A stretch of DNA of 64,000 bases from Bigelowiella natans CCMP2755 (lineage: Eukaryota; Protista; Cercozoa), in assembly GCA_000320545.1 (NCBI GenBank), contig ADNK01002450.1, positions 1-64,000 on the forward strand, in the 5' to 3' direction. Numbering within the stretch: position 1 is the first letter of the stretch; every line of letters begins with the position of its first letter. Shown here piece by piece: positions 34,725 to 47,758 of this stretch. Both the position numbers and the translations under genes were made by a program. The notes below the pieces were generated by a model. The model did not search any database. It saw only the letters and a program-made list of their open reading frames with translations, and was not told the origin of the DNA.

Positions 34725-36302
34725 GGTGTGCAATACGTGCGTCTCGCATCATAAGACATGCAAAGGAGTACTACCGGCCTCTCCAATATTCCCACTTGCT
34801 GCAGAATGGAAGCTTCCACAGTCAACGTGCTCGATCTTGAGATGAAATGATAAAAACATTAGTGAACCTTGCGTCTTATTTCTCTACACACAGTGAAGTA
34901 GCGTATCGATAAAAATCTAGGCAAGCGACACCGCTAGGAAGAGTCCGTTTATTGAGATCGCTTTGGATATTTATCGGCCAATATAAACCGTTTCAATGCA
35001 GTTTGTGTTTTGGTTCAAAGACTGTGGAGGAGCTACCTTCACTCCTTGCAACGAATCAATGACACACGGAAATGCGCGGTCTTTCATGTCCGCCAACCCT
35101 AATTGGCCTTTGTTGTTCGAGCCCTGCAAGCATATGGCGACGACTTAGAGCTAGGTCGTCTTTATAGACTGATCAACGATTTCTCCTCTTCGCTGAAACA
35201 GATCGCCTTGAATATTTGTTCTAAATGCTGATTTATCATTATTCGCATATACATGCTCGCTGCGAACCAACCCATGAATAAGCTATGTTGTTGGCGTCAA
35301 TAGCAAGCGTATGGAGATCCCCGCATGCTATCTGTTTGATGCGAGTGCGGGTTCTGCCTCCTTTGCTGAACTGTACCCTGCGATGTGAAATTTTAGTAAG
35401 GTTGCGTGCATCGCTAAGAAACCTGTGATACAACTTCCCCCCTCCACCCTTTCGTGTGTGATGCTCAACGAGGACTTACTCACCTGAGCGGCATGAAGCT
35501 GTTTTTGATGTTTCCTGGTAAGCCTTTGTTGTCAGCGGAGATGTTGTCGCTATCCCTTCCCTCTTTCGCATTGTGGTGGCCTACTCCAAGCTGGCCCCGC
35601 GTGTTATCACCCCATGAAAAAGCAGAACCGTCTCGGCACACCGCAATGGAGTGGTTGGCACCTGCTGCCACCTACAAATTGAGTAAATCAAGGCAACCTA
35701 CTATGCACTATAACCTTGGAAGATACCTGATTGATAACGATTCAACACCGCGAAAGAAAATATGCAGAGAGAAAATGGGAGGGGGGAGGATGCGGGGGTT
35801 GGACCTTTGCTGCCAGCATTTTGTTGGTTTTTCTTCGATGTGAGTGCGAAGCTCACAAGAAATGATTGTGATGCTATACCAAAGGACTGATAAAGATCAA
35901 CGAGAACCCATAAACCTATGCACCTTTCTTTTATATAGCTGCAATACTTATGTGTGGTTTCGGTCAACAGGGAGGGGGAGGAGGGGAGGGCAGATCGGAA
36001 GACGCAAAAGCAAGACGAAGATCGGTTTTGAGGCATGAAGACCGCTTCCGAAGGTAAACAAAAAAGCAGGCGATTTTTATATGATTATTCTTCCGATTCG
36101 TGTCGCACTTGTAAAACGCGTTCAAAACAGTCAAAAATAGTCGCTCTAGATGCCCTCGGTGTAAGACCGAACAGAATCTCCCAATGCCGGCGCTATGGCA
36201 GATGGCATTCAAGCTGCGTTTAAACCCCCCCTCGCCCGTTGAAAGTGCACAGTTGGATGTTGTTATCGCTTTCTTTGTTTTTGTCCTACGTTGCGGGATC
36301 AT
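32040..36302 (-). CDS. RCC1/BLIP-II beta-propeller repeat protein, many small exons; start and end uncertain
   Basis: RCC1 repeat motifs in successive exons: VAAGANHSIAVCRDGSAFSWGDNTRGQLG, IKQIACGDLHTLAIDANNIAYSW|GSNNKGQLGL, IEHVDCGSFHSAA, LYMWGLNDKGQVG, SWGNNEDF, FVCGDNSKFQLG, LSVGKTHAVAV, MFAWGDGSFGRLG. Confidence 0.85.
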
Positions 36303-36468
36303 AGAACCGTTCTCTCCCCCGCCCTCATTCTCCTATCATCATGAAGGCCGAAAACTAGAGCTGTTCCGCGAGTGGCAAGGAATGAAAGAGTCAGATACCG
36401 AGGTTAGGCTACTGCTAATTTAGGAGAAGAATTGGCGGCTGCATAGGGTGTCTCAGTAATACCAAAAA

Positions 36469-38002
36469 ATGGAAGATAAACCCTCCATTGCGAGACTTAT
36501 TTGGGGTCGGATGATTTCAAATGATGCACAGGAGGTTCTAAAGGCGCTCACCGCAAAGGACGAGTACCCCCAAGACTCAGAGGAAGTTGTTGCGCCTCTG
36601 AAAACAATGGTAATACCGTAACTTTGTCCTGATGAGGCTGGTGGCCCGAATAGATTGCTTTAACATTTCGCCCACGCTCGCTCTCCATTTAAAAGGCGCA
36701 AAAGCTCGAAGACGGCGACTCACACTTCGTGAGGGAGGAGGAGGATCCAGGTAGCAGCATCGTGTGTGTATATCTTCTGAGAGCCATTGCAAAAAACATG
36801 GCGAGATCGTTGTTTGTGCGGTCACTATATGTCATCAACCAGTGCATTATTCGCTCGAAGAGCTGCGTGCCGATGGCCATATTCCGCTCGATGTGATGGT
36901 AGGAAAGAATTGTTTCCTTTCACCCAAAAAACAAACGATGTTTATCGTGGAAGCTGTCTTTTGCTGCTGCTGCAATCATTGCGCTTGTAGGGACAGGAAG
37001 TGCTTGTTGGAGACTACATTCGGTACTATCGAGATAAGCTGCCTCCCCATAAGCGTGATTCGTCCTGCTACTACAAGGTGTGGTTGGTGCTGTACGTGTG
37101 TAGTAACGGAGTAACTCCTTCAAGTTTTAGAAAGACGATCGAAACAACTGCTTCTTTTATTTCTAATTTCTCGAGTTTGGCCTCGTCGTTCTGCCTCCAA
37201 CTCTCGATTCGAGTTTGCGTATTTGTACTTTTTGGTATTATCCAGGTAGTTGATCTCATTCCTATCGAGCAGAAGGCGCAAGGAGGGGCGGGGAAGAATG
37301 GCCGAAAGCTTGCTGCGGAACACGAGGATCAAAGGCGTAGTTTCATGCGAGGAGAGACGTACTTCACCTGGGAGGTGCTTGCCCTAGTTGAGGAAAATAG
37401 GCAAAAAAAAAGGCGGCTGATTTTCTAAACTGAATCCCTTCTTGATGAATTCGTTGCGAAGATTGTATCTAAAGCGTCGCTGAGCAAACTCGCGCGCCAT
37501 TGGATGCCAATGCCAACAGCTTGTTGTTGTATTCCCTGCAGCTGGTAACGGATAAGGGACGCATACCATTCGATAGAATGGCCTGGCTACGAGTCGATCC
37601 TGATGAAGTTTTAAATGTAACACATCAACTCATAATACAGAACCGAGAATGCACATATTAAAAGACACATTTCAGTGTTAAATACTTATGAATGGGGTGT
37701 GAAGAAGATAAGATGCACAATCATACACGAATGTAGGCGCCAAAAGCTGATGAAGGAGTTCCGGTGGGTAGCACCTCCACAGATCAAGAGGAATTGACGT
37801 AATCTAATGATACTTCAAGAACGCTAATAATAGGCGTGACCGCTTGATTGCGATTCAGGGGCTTTGATGCTTCTTCTCTCCAATACAACAATACAAATCT
37901 CACATTTTCCTTTGAAACTTTATTCTCCTCTGATTGTGTGGGTTCTTGCGCTAGACGGGATATGTCTACGAATTCGATATATAATAAATAGACGCGCGCG
38001 CG

Positions 38003-38043
<41 letters not shown>

Positions 38044-38317
38044 CCAAAAATATATAGATTGATATGTTGTCTGAGACTCCTCCCCGCTTACGGTTTTCTA
38101 TCTACCCGCCCTTTTTGCCCCCCCTCCTCCTCCTTGCCATGGGAAACAATGCAGTCTTTCAGGTCGCACTGCGCGGCAGCAGAAGGCAGCAGCTCGCATT
38201 CGTGAGGAGTTTGAGAATGGAACCCCTCGGAACATGCAGAAAGAGCGTACACAGGGCTTTCATGAACTTGCAGAGCGCGTTAAAGCAGATCAGACATTGA
38301 AGGGGAATTGGGGATGA
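36469..38317 (+). CDS. Hypothetical multi-exon protein
   Basis: ATG 36469 MEDKPSIARLIWGR..., then exon-like frames with GT-AG borders (ESHCKKHGEIVV..., GQEVLVGDYIRYYRD..., VVDLIPIEQK..., RTARQQKAAARIREEFENG...) ending at TGA 38315-38317. No family recognised. Confidence 0.45.
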
Positions 38318-38684
38318 TTCCAACACTATCACGTTTGGCGGCATAACCGTGTATGTTGCGTAAAAATCGCCCCGTGATTCTTCGCATTAACCATCGAAAA
38401 TTGCATCGTGAAGGTTATTATCTATTTGGACCGCGTGCTTTAAATACGCTATCCCATGCGCACGTATGTTAATGTTATTGCGTGGAGGAATCAAGGGCAC
38501 AAATCCTTATTCATTTTCGCGAGTGGCAACTTCACAATCGTGCTCTCAAAAGAGCGTGAGCGTGTACTGCAGCGCATGTTTTGTAAAGCCAAACCAGCAA
38601 ATACTTTACATGAAAGTTGCAGGCATGGCGCATCACTCGCGCTAACTAGCTAGCACTATCTAGCTATAGACATACGTATATATA

Positions 38685-38719
<35 letters not shown>

Positions 38720-39252
38720 TAAGCTGCGTGCAAGCTTAATGATCGCACGACGCAAATATTACGCCAGACGACGGTAATCTATGGCAAGCCTTCGTTACAA
38801 TTTTTTTTTCACACAGTGCCAAACGTAATTGTCGCATGCATGCACGCTCATTGACAACGATACAGCAGTGCTAGAGTGCAGGCACGAAAAAACTGCAGCC
38901 ATGTCGTTAAGTATTCGATTCATAAAATGCAATACATTAGAATGACGTCACGCTAGTACGCGCTTCCATGATCAGCACAGCTAGACAGGCTAGCAGGGTT
39001 GCATCATGTTTGAATCCCTACATGTTTGGGCTGTCGCCGATTCTACGTCGCATGCTGAGCGTCAGTTGGCCACTACTGCGATGTAAATCTAAAATCTAAA
39101 GCTACATAGCTCTATGCAACACCATACCAGCTGACGTACGGTTGACGTCACAAATACATTTGAATACCGTGCCATTGCTAATAACATATCCCTCGTTCGC
39201 ACAACCTTGTTTGCTTGTTACAATTATAGACACAGCTAGACAGTAATGTGAC

Positions 39253-39287
<35 letters not shown>

Positions 39288-39707
39288 ATATTGCGTAGTC
39301 TATTATGATGAAGAAACGACATCTCAGTTCGCGCGGAGCATTTCAACAAATCTGGCGATGAACGCCTATCGACACGGCATCGTCGATTACAGACGGGAAC
39401 GATGGATTTGGCGGCTTCGGCGGCCTGCTGCATTCGCCTTGGTGGCTCTCCCCGACGATGCGTTCGGGCTCCTGAAACAAATAGTCCGGAAAGAAAAAAA
39501 CTTCTAATGAGACCGAGTGGAAGATACCTCACGGGAGGATAACAGCCATTGCGTGCTGCATCAAGACCAATCGCGTTTTTTCTCGACGTTGGGAAATTGC
39601 TTGTAGGGAGAGAGGGTCTAGAGAGCCCATCGGTGCGCAGGTAGCGTGTATGTGTGTGTGTGTGCGCGCGCGCGCGCTGTCAATATGCACACGTTCGTTA
39701 TAGCTGC

Positions 39708-39858
39708 TTACTTCTTGCTTAGTTTCGCCAAGACTGCTCCTAGAGACTTTACAACCTAGAATCGGTTTGCATATAACAAATGAACGTGTATGGAATTGTG
39801 ACAGATTGCGAGTTAGCGAATGCGCATTCTATTTCTCATTCTCTCTCTCCCCCCCCCA

Positions 39859-39892
<34 letters not shown>

Positions 39893-40711
39893 AACACTCT
39901 AAACAACAAAAAAAAAACGCATCTTGTTTTTGCATCTCCTCCTCGCCCCACACCCGCTAGGTATATGGTGACGACGCGAGCATTAACGTATGATCTCAAG
40001 ACATGTGTCAGCTCAAGAGGGAGGGTCGACAATGCAACGCTAGGCTAGCCGACCAAAGCAGTCAGTGAATTACCTTTTTTGACGATAAAACCTTCCACGT
40101 CTCCTTCGCTTCTTCAATCGCGTATGCCTTTAGTGATAGAACAACAACAACATCAGCGCAAACACGATGGGGACTTCGCAGGACGTACTAGCGGATTGAA
40201 GGCCGCTTGTTTAGAAGGAGGGGGAAGGGGGGGGGGGGTATTCAAAACGCAATTTCTCCATTTGTACAATGGTAGGATTTTAAAAATGTTAGAATGATAA
40301 ATATGTTCATAATTACAAATGTTTTTTAATAAATATCGTTAAAAGTGTCTCCTCCGCCTTAGCCAATACACTACTAGCCTATGTTTGCCATTTTTGTTTT
40401 TGGATTTCACCTCCCACGCGTCTGCAAGATCTCCGCGCATTCGGTATTTCGTCAAGGCATATCCTCCTTTGGGCCTGCAGCGACGTTACGCCGAAAAGAT
40501 GCGACGATAATGATCATATGGAAGAAGGAAGAGAGCAGCTATCAGTTTGATTGTAAGAAAGGTATTTAGGGATAAATTAGTTCCAACCCCATTCCCCCCC
40601 CCCCCCCCCCTTTGCCAGTTTAAGCTTCTACGATTAGATAGAAATTCGTACTAGTCTATTGGGGGCTATTATACCGATATAAATATATACAAATACAGTA
40701 TTTAAGTTATA

Positions 40712-40744
<33 letters not shown>

Positions 40745-41226
40745 CATCTTGATGAAGAAATTTGCTGCCCGAAAAGAGGCCACAAGCATATCCTCAATGG
40801 GAACGATCTACTCGAAAACGAGAGGAATCAGCGCGTGGGAAAAACGCTCGGCGCGGCGCTCACGTAACCAACCATGAGAAATCCAAACACACGCGACAGC
40901 AACAACTAGCTATATCCTCCTCCTTTCCGATATGTAGTTTTTCGCATTTGAAAGGAATTTTAGGAGATATTATTCTCTGAGAAGACGGCGGCGTCTACGA
41001 TGTTGATGTGTAGTTGGCATATGTGCACCTCATCGATCATGCCAACCGAGAGAGCCTCGTTACGATCCAGCATGGAAGCGTTAGTAAGATATCTGGTGGC
41101 CTTTGTACATGGAGAAAACAAACAAACAAACACACGCAAACACAGAGCTGTCAGTTGAACTATACTCGCATTACAACATACATGCATCGACGCGCTTTCT
41201 CTTGAGCGACTAGCTTGAAAACCGAC

Positions 41227-41263
<37 letters not shown>

Positions 41264-41773
41264 ATATATACATATTAGTCTACGAGCGGCATTGCTCCTT
41301 GAGCTGTGTGTCGTGAGAGTATGCATCGATGTTGTATAAATACAGTTGAAACAGCTATGTGACATATACGTCTCTGCTAATATGATAGCATCTACACCTT
41401 TCCGTGGCCAATCAGCCTCTCCATCACTTTGCACTAACATGGATATCATTGAAATATGAGCTCAACCTATTCCCCCCCGCCCCCCTCCCCCCTCCCCCAC
41501 CTAGATTAGGAAATGAACGAAAGAATGATTCAGCGGGTGATTTCTCACGTGGCCCCAGCTTTCCCCCCCATTACTCTACGCAAAACGATGATGATGATGA
41601 TGATGACGATGATGATGATGATCGTCACTACCCAATAGAGGGGGGGGGAGATTCCTAATGCAACCTGTTCAGGACAAAGAAATGCCATCACACAGGCAGA
41701 TCGACAAGCATACGTCGTGTGAAATCAGTGTCTGCAAACAGCACGATTGCTAGGGACGCACGTGCGCGATTGC

Positions 41774-41807
<34 letters not shown>

Positions 41808-42258
41808 CTCCTTGCGATTAACAAGCATTGGGTTCGGGCCCCCTTGATAACGTCATCGTGTGCGTGTTACATCAACCCATCCATGCAAACGACCTCGTTC
41901 AGGCCGATTTTGGACGAATGCACATCGGCCATAATTCGATAGTCACAGCACAACGCCAAGATGCACCTGATGCATCATGGGGTGGGGGGTGGGTAGGATT
42001 ACCATTGAAAAAGCGAATGATTTCGTCATCTGTGATGGTACAGCTCGGGTGTCTTTATTATAATGCAATAATTTTCTGCTATTTTTGTTATCGTATATGT
42101 AGTAGGTGATGATTAGCTAACCGACCCTCCAGCAGGGCAAGCTCCTCGTACACAGGCAATAGTAGCCTAAGGTTCAGCATCAAGAATAACGGGAAAAACT
42201 AATGAAATTATACAAAGTAATATAATGTATATATATATAATATATATATTTTATGTAT

Positions 42259-42298
<40 letters not shown>

Positions 42299-42356
42299 AT
42301 ATATACATCAGCATGCACATTTACGGTGCAAATACAGGTACTCAAAATATATACTC

Positions 42357-42395
<39 letters not shown>

Positions 42396-43367
42396 TCCAA
42401 TGTATACATCTATATCTAATAATCGCAGAATAGCGTTGATTGACGATAGTGAATGAACACGAAGGATGCTCTATTCACGCACCAATGGGGACTTGTATCT
42501 GAAGTACAGTAAAAATAAACAAATCAACTGAAATATTCACTAAAAACTGGTTGCACATACAGTGGGTTCATCATGAAGGAAAAGATGAAGTTAAAGCATG
42601 ATTGATGCAAACAACTCTACAACAATGCTTTGCGGCGATAGTGGAGAACAAACGATGCACGTTTCCTAGCCTACAAGATTATAGATAATCTCTCCCTTTC
42701 TCGTATCACTCGTTATTACTGCAATTGCATTCAATATGATGGTGGGAGGGAAAGCTCACAGGCGAGAGAGAAACGTCGTTTGGGCAATCCAGAACTTTTG
42801 ATGCCTTTCCTAATTATGGTGTATGAAGAAAGGACAAGAGGGTCTCGTTGATCTTCGGTTGAGACGACAACTTTCTTTTCCCGTTCGAATGCGCCCAATC
42901 CCTACACCTTTGATGTCATCGGCGCATAAAGCTCCCGAATGTCGTTTCCTAATTCATTTTGGAGAAAAATCGATGTATTAATTACATTGACGTTAAATAA
43001 AGAGCAGCAGCTTCAGTAAAATAGCACCAATTATCACGGCGGAAAGTACAAACGCTGTGTTTCTCTATGACTGTGTCTCTCAATATTCGCATGAATCGTT
43101 GCGAAATTACCAGCCGTGAAGACATTTCTTCGCAGTCCGGACTATATACATCAAAGAAATGGAGTGTTATTTTGAATTTAACAACACATTTGTATTCGAT
43201 CGATTATATCCTGCGACAGAGAGAGAGAGAGAGCAAGGAGCTGCATTTCGGGATTTTTTTCTTTAATAAAATATTATACCGACATTTTTCTAACTACGCA
43301 TTGCGTTCGTGCGTATTGTATTTGCCATGCAAGTAGACTTTTTAGAACACACGCACGCACACACACA

Positions 43368-43409
<42 letters not shown>

Positions 43410-43948
43410 GCATCTGATTGATATGCGTGCTAGGATAATTTCGCATGGAAATTAGTTGTTCAACCATATATATGAGAGAACGGACGCCTTTGGTAGCTTC
43501 TAACTCGTTCAGATTGGCAAGAAGCGCAGACCAGAATCCCAAATTCATTGAATTTACTGGTTCGCGCTGAGAAGGTGAAAGTCGGTTTCGAAGTGATTGA
43601 TTCGTTCGGAAGAAAATAAAAACAAAAGGGAATAAATCCTCTTCAACGCAACTGCAATATGTCTTTCATAATGAAACGGAAAACAAAGCGACCACAGTCT
43701 CTATATACTGTGTCGATAAACTAGCTTGCTAGAGAGTACCTTCATGACCACGATTGCGACCGTACCATCGATCTTTACCTCTAGGAACTTTGATTCTTCT
43801 CATATGAAACAATCAAAAAATCGATCAGTTCCATTTTCTTACTAAATTCATCCTATCGTTCTCTGCCCTTCCCCACTATGCCTAGTTAGCCTGAGTTTTA
43901 AATCCTTTTATCGGCAAAAGAATCTATCTTACCCGAGCTGGCAGCCAT
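39708..43948 (-). CDS. ECI1: Delta3-Delta2 enoyl-CoA isomerase (crotonase superfamily, ECI1-like), 16 exons
   Basis: Spliced product: MAASS|EESKFLEVKIDGTVAIVVMK|REPVNSMNLGFW...|SGLRRNVFTA|GNDIRELY...|...FWIAQTTFLSRL|YKSPL|ATIACVRGACPAG|GCILALCCDYRIMADVHSSKIGLNE|VALGISPPLYW|CKVMERLIGHGK|ATRYL...EALSVGMIDE|IVP...|PKGGYALTK...|AYAIEE...|VVKSLGAVLAKLSKK*. Contains the FTAGND oxyanion motif and catalytic GLNE. Confidence 0.92.
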
Positions 43949-44650
43949 CTTCAAGGTGGATGTTTTTAAGACTTATGTTAAAGACAACTTGAAGGCACGA
44001 ATGTTCATTTCAAAGGAGGAAAATCATAAACTATTCAATTTTTGCAATTTATTTAAAGACAAACTCCCACCGTTTCGAAGATATTATTTGGTAAAAGCGT
44101 GAGAATTTTCTCCAAATAACTTTAAGGAATCCGAGAAGTGTGAAATTTGACACTTCGAAATTGCAAGTTGAAGTGCAATAATAATATCTGTGGCAATGCA
44201 TATTTCAGCCTGCGACTGCGCCTTTCGTGGCTATTCCCTCGTGCACGTCCTCACTTTCTGCCAAGTTAGGGTGGGTACCGAAAGTGTGACTACCGAAGCA
44301 TATCCGAGAATGTTAAACAAATTTTTCTTGGTTTTTATCGGGAGACAATAAATTTCCAGCGAAAAAGTGATAAAGTTCGAACTAAAGTTCTGTGGGGAAT
44401 CCTTAAAAGCGACAATCTTCAGAACTGTATAGAGACATATCGCATGAATTTCGTATCTACGACAACAAGTTGAAGATCAATTTGAAGTAAAAAACCCCTG
44501 TGTTTTGGACAACCCAGCGCCGTTGTGTGGTGTGAATGACGCCTCTGGCTGACAGGGAGAGTTGTTAGGGGCGGAGAGCTACTGAGAGAGTGCATTCTAT
44601 ATAGGTGGTGGGGTGATGTGACTTGCATGTTACTTCTAAACAGGGCAGGG

Positions 44651-45054
44651 ATGCAAACCATGCCTTGCGCCGAGGCCGGCGAGGAAGTGGTGAAAAGTGA
44701 CTCTACTTCACAGCTAGACCGTGTCTTTCGATATGCCTACCGCAACAAAGACAAGCTTGCTCCTGGGTAAATACACGGATTTCGCACAAACTGTTCCATA
44801 TCCATGCCCTCGATAGTCGGTCTTGCATGATTTGGAAGCGCGTGTCCACACTACGGTGCTAACATTGTAAACATCTGCACGGCTACTCGTCTTATAATAG
44901 ATCCAAAGAGATGACACAGCTCTCTAAGTTGATGGAAGGCTTGAAGCCACTTGATTTCGGGCTTGAGGGTAGGAATTGCCATATAAGTACAAAGTGAAAC
45001 AGAGAACTACGGAAACGCATAAAATTATTATGTTTATTTCTGATGGCATGTATT

Positions 45055-45090
<36 letters not shown>

Positions 45091-47348
45091 GTATACACGA
45101 CGCTTTTCAGATCCAACATCGACGCCTCGTTCTACCAAAGCAACGACTGAATGCTCGCAGAGGTAGTTACAGCACATCCGCTATGCATCGTCTTACTGCT
45201 GTCGCTAGGTCGTCAATAAAAGCCCCACCAAACCACGACTGCCTTTTCTCTCCCAGGGTTGAGTTCAAACAGAACATGGGGAAAAGAAGGAATAGTCAAG
45301 GAACTATTCGCGAAGCAACGAGTAAGTCCCGCGAGACTGCATCATCTTTATTTTACTTTCCAAGGGATTCGGCTATGATAGAGAAAAAACCCCGCCGTGG
45401 TGTTATTCAAAAGAACTATACTTACCTATCATCCACGCACGTTGTTACACCTGCTGCGAGCATTGCTATTCTGGTGTCTCCCTCGTCTCTTTCCCCCGCC
45501 AACAACATCGTCATTACAGAGCTGCTACAGCCCCCTCCGCATTAATCCTCACGGCAATAAATAATAGGACATACAAAGCCATTCTCAGCTGGTTGCAAGC
45601 ATATGCAGCCTCTGGACGCTAGGGAAGGGAAGGTCTTGCTACTTTCTCGCCACAGTTGCAGAACAGAAACTTGCAAGTTGCGAGAACGATCCCTGCCTCA
45701 CCGCTGCATTTGGTCGTGTGCCTTTATTTTCTGTACAGAAAGCGTTAGAACCCTATATAGGGTGCCGCACGGTGTATGGAGATAAGGACCTCGTAATGGC
45801 AGTCTTCTTACTGCCAAAAGGTATTTATTATCATGCGGTCAAGCTGCATGCAGCACAAGGGGCCAAGGGGGTTTTGTTATTCATTGGTGAGGGGCACTGA
45901 AACACAGCATTGTGCGATTGTCCTTCGCTGAAATCAATACCAATGAGGCACTGAAAGACAGCATTGTGCGATTGTCCTTCACTGGAATCAATGCTCACGA
46001 AGTCTTTTATATCAGGGGTAGCAATGCCCCTCCATGATCATCCTGGAATGACCGTAGCGTCGAAGCTGCTCTATGGAATGGTGGAGGTGGAGGAGTACGA
46101 CTGGGTATTACTGCGCCTGAAATCATATGTTTTCACCTGCATAAATGCGACCAATGATGCCGATGAAGGTTAGGAGTCGATGATGAGGCTGCTCGTGTTT
46201 AACGAGTAGATTCCAATCATCACGCATCGCGAACATATAGTCCATCACATTGAGTCGGCAGCAAGCTGGTCGCACGCTCTTAGCGTTGCCTGCCGTTGCA
46301 TCGTCGCAGGTAGACAAGCCCAAGGGATTTTGCAGAAAGTACACCGAGAAGGGAGATGCCAACGAGATGAAAGTAAACAAGGCAGCAGCACGGATATTTA
46401 ACAGTATCAATTTAATTCAGTATCTACCAGTCACGAAAGGAAAGACACCTGACTCGCGATTGTCCATGCTCATTGCTGCGCTCGAATTGTCCATATCTAG
46501 AGAGCTTTGGATTACATGTGTTTATACATATATATATATATATATATATATATTATTATATTCGTATATTTATACGAAGGGTCATTATTTGTAGGTGCAT
46601 GCCATAGGAGCCGAGTACTGCAATATACATACGTTCAAGGTCGCACATCCCGCTCAGAACGCATGCACGTTAAATAGCTTGTAGATATTGCCAATTGCGA
46701 GTCGAAGGCCCTGCAATGGATATAGTCAGACAAAAGCAAAGCGCTCGCAACTCCTCCTGCGACGTCATCACCCGCTCGTGGTTGAAGGGAAAATCGATGA
46801 TAGCGGGGTTTCTAATAATACGTTCAGCTCCTTTTACACGTTGATTTACTGTTTGTCGTAACATAACGCTACCGTTTATGGCCACCATCACCATCGTCAC
46901 TAAAGAGTCCTCCTGCATCAAGCTGATAAGTGTACTCGTCTTCAGGCGATAACAAATTCGGCGATTTTAGACATCATAACACCGCCTTACGACCCCAAAA
47001 CGCGCTCTCCCAACTTCTACAACCCAACTCTGCTCGAAAATGGTGATCAGTCTCTTCGTCGTCTTTGTCGTTAGTTTTGCTTCGCTTCATCACCCGAACC
47101 CTTACATCGGGGGGGGGGGGAATACAAATGAGGTTGCACCGGGGAGCGTCTTGCCGCGGTGGGATGTTTTCATCGTGAGAGGAATATGCTACGAATCCGT
47201 GTTGTTGTTTGTGTTGGCAAAGATGCCAAACGTTGATTCGTGGGCTGTTCGCATTGATCCCGCGTCGTTGGTGGTAGGCCTGTATATGATGGAGAAGTAC
47301 ATGCCGAGTGAGTTTAGATGTTTCGAGGAGCCTTATCACGGTAAGTAG
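44651..47348 (+). CDS. ADO: Cysteamine dioxygenase / plant cysteine oxidase family (PCO_ADO) thiol dioxygenase; last exon uncertain
   Basis: Exons give [20 protein letters not shown]|[37 protein letters not shown]|[25 protein letters not shown] and [13 protein letters not shown]. These carry the three-His cupin (HDH...H), the D..PPY motif and the C-terminal F.C..EPY.G motif of ADO/PCO. Confidence 0.9.
45893..45992. repeat. Intronic 54-bp-period tandem duplication
   Basis: GGCACTGAAA[C/G]ACAGCATTGTGCGATTGTCCTTC at 45893 and 45947, with a few mismatches. Confidence 0.85.
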
Positions 47349-47497
47349 CTGCGACGTACGTACTACTCACATTCCAAGGATTAATGGTTTTTTTTTATGA
47401 ATTTTGACTTGTTGGTGAAGGCCGACATTCGAGCACATTTATGGTTTTCTTTTGCGAAATTCGGAAACGCCGCGTATGACCACACACACACACAGAT

Positions 47498-47553
<56 letters not shown>

Positions 47554-47720
47554 ATATATAAAAGCATGAACAATCAACAATATTTCAAGGGCCAAAAGTG
47601 AATATCCCTAATGATCTACTGAGAAACGAGGGTTCTGAAATGCAGGTCATTTGGCAATGCTTGCGCGTGTATAATATCTGTATCATATACACAAACACAC
47701 GCACACATAAATATATACAC

Positions 47721-47758
<38 letters not shown>

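Noticed and set aside
39708-39730. Canonical PTS1 on the enoyl-CoA isomerase
   Set aside because: AKL is followed by SKK before the stop, so it is not terminal; mentioned only as a weak possibility.
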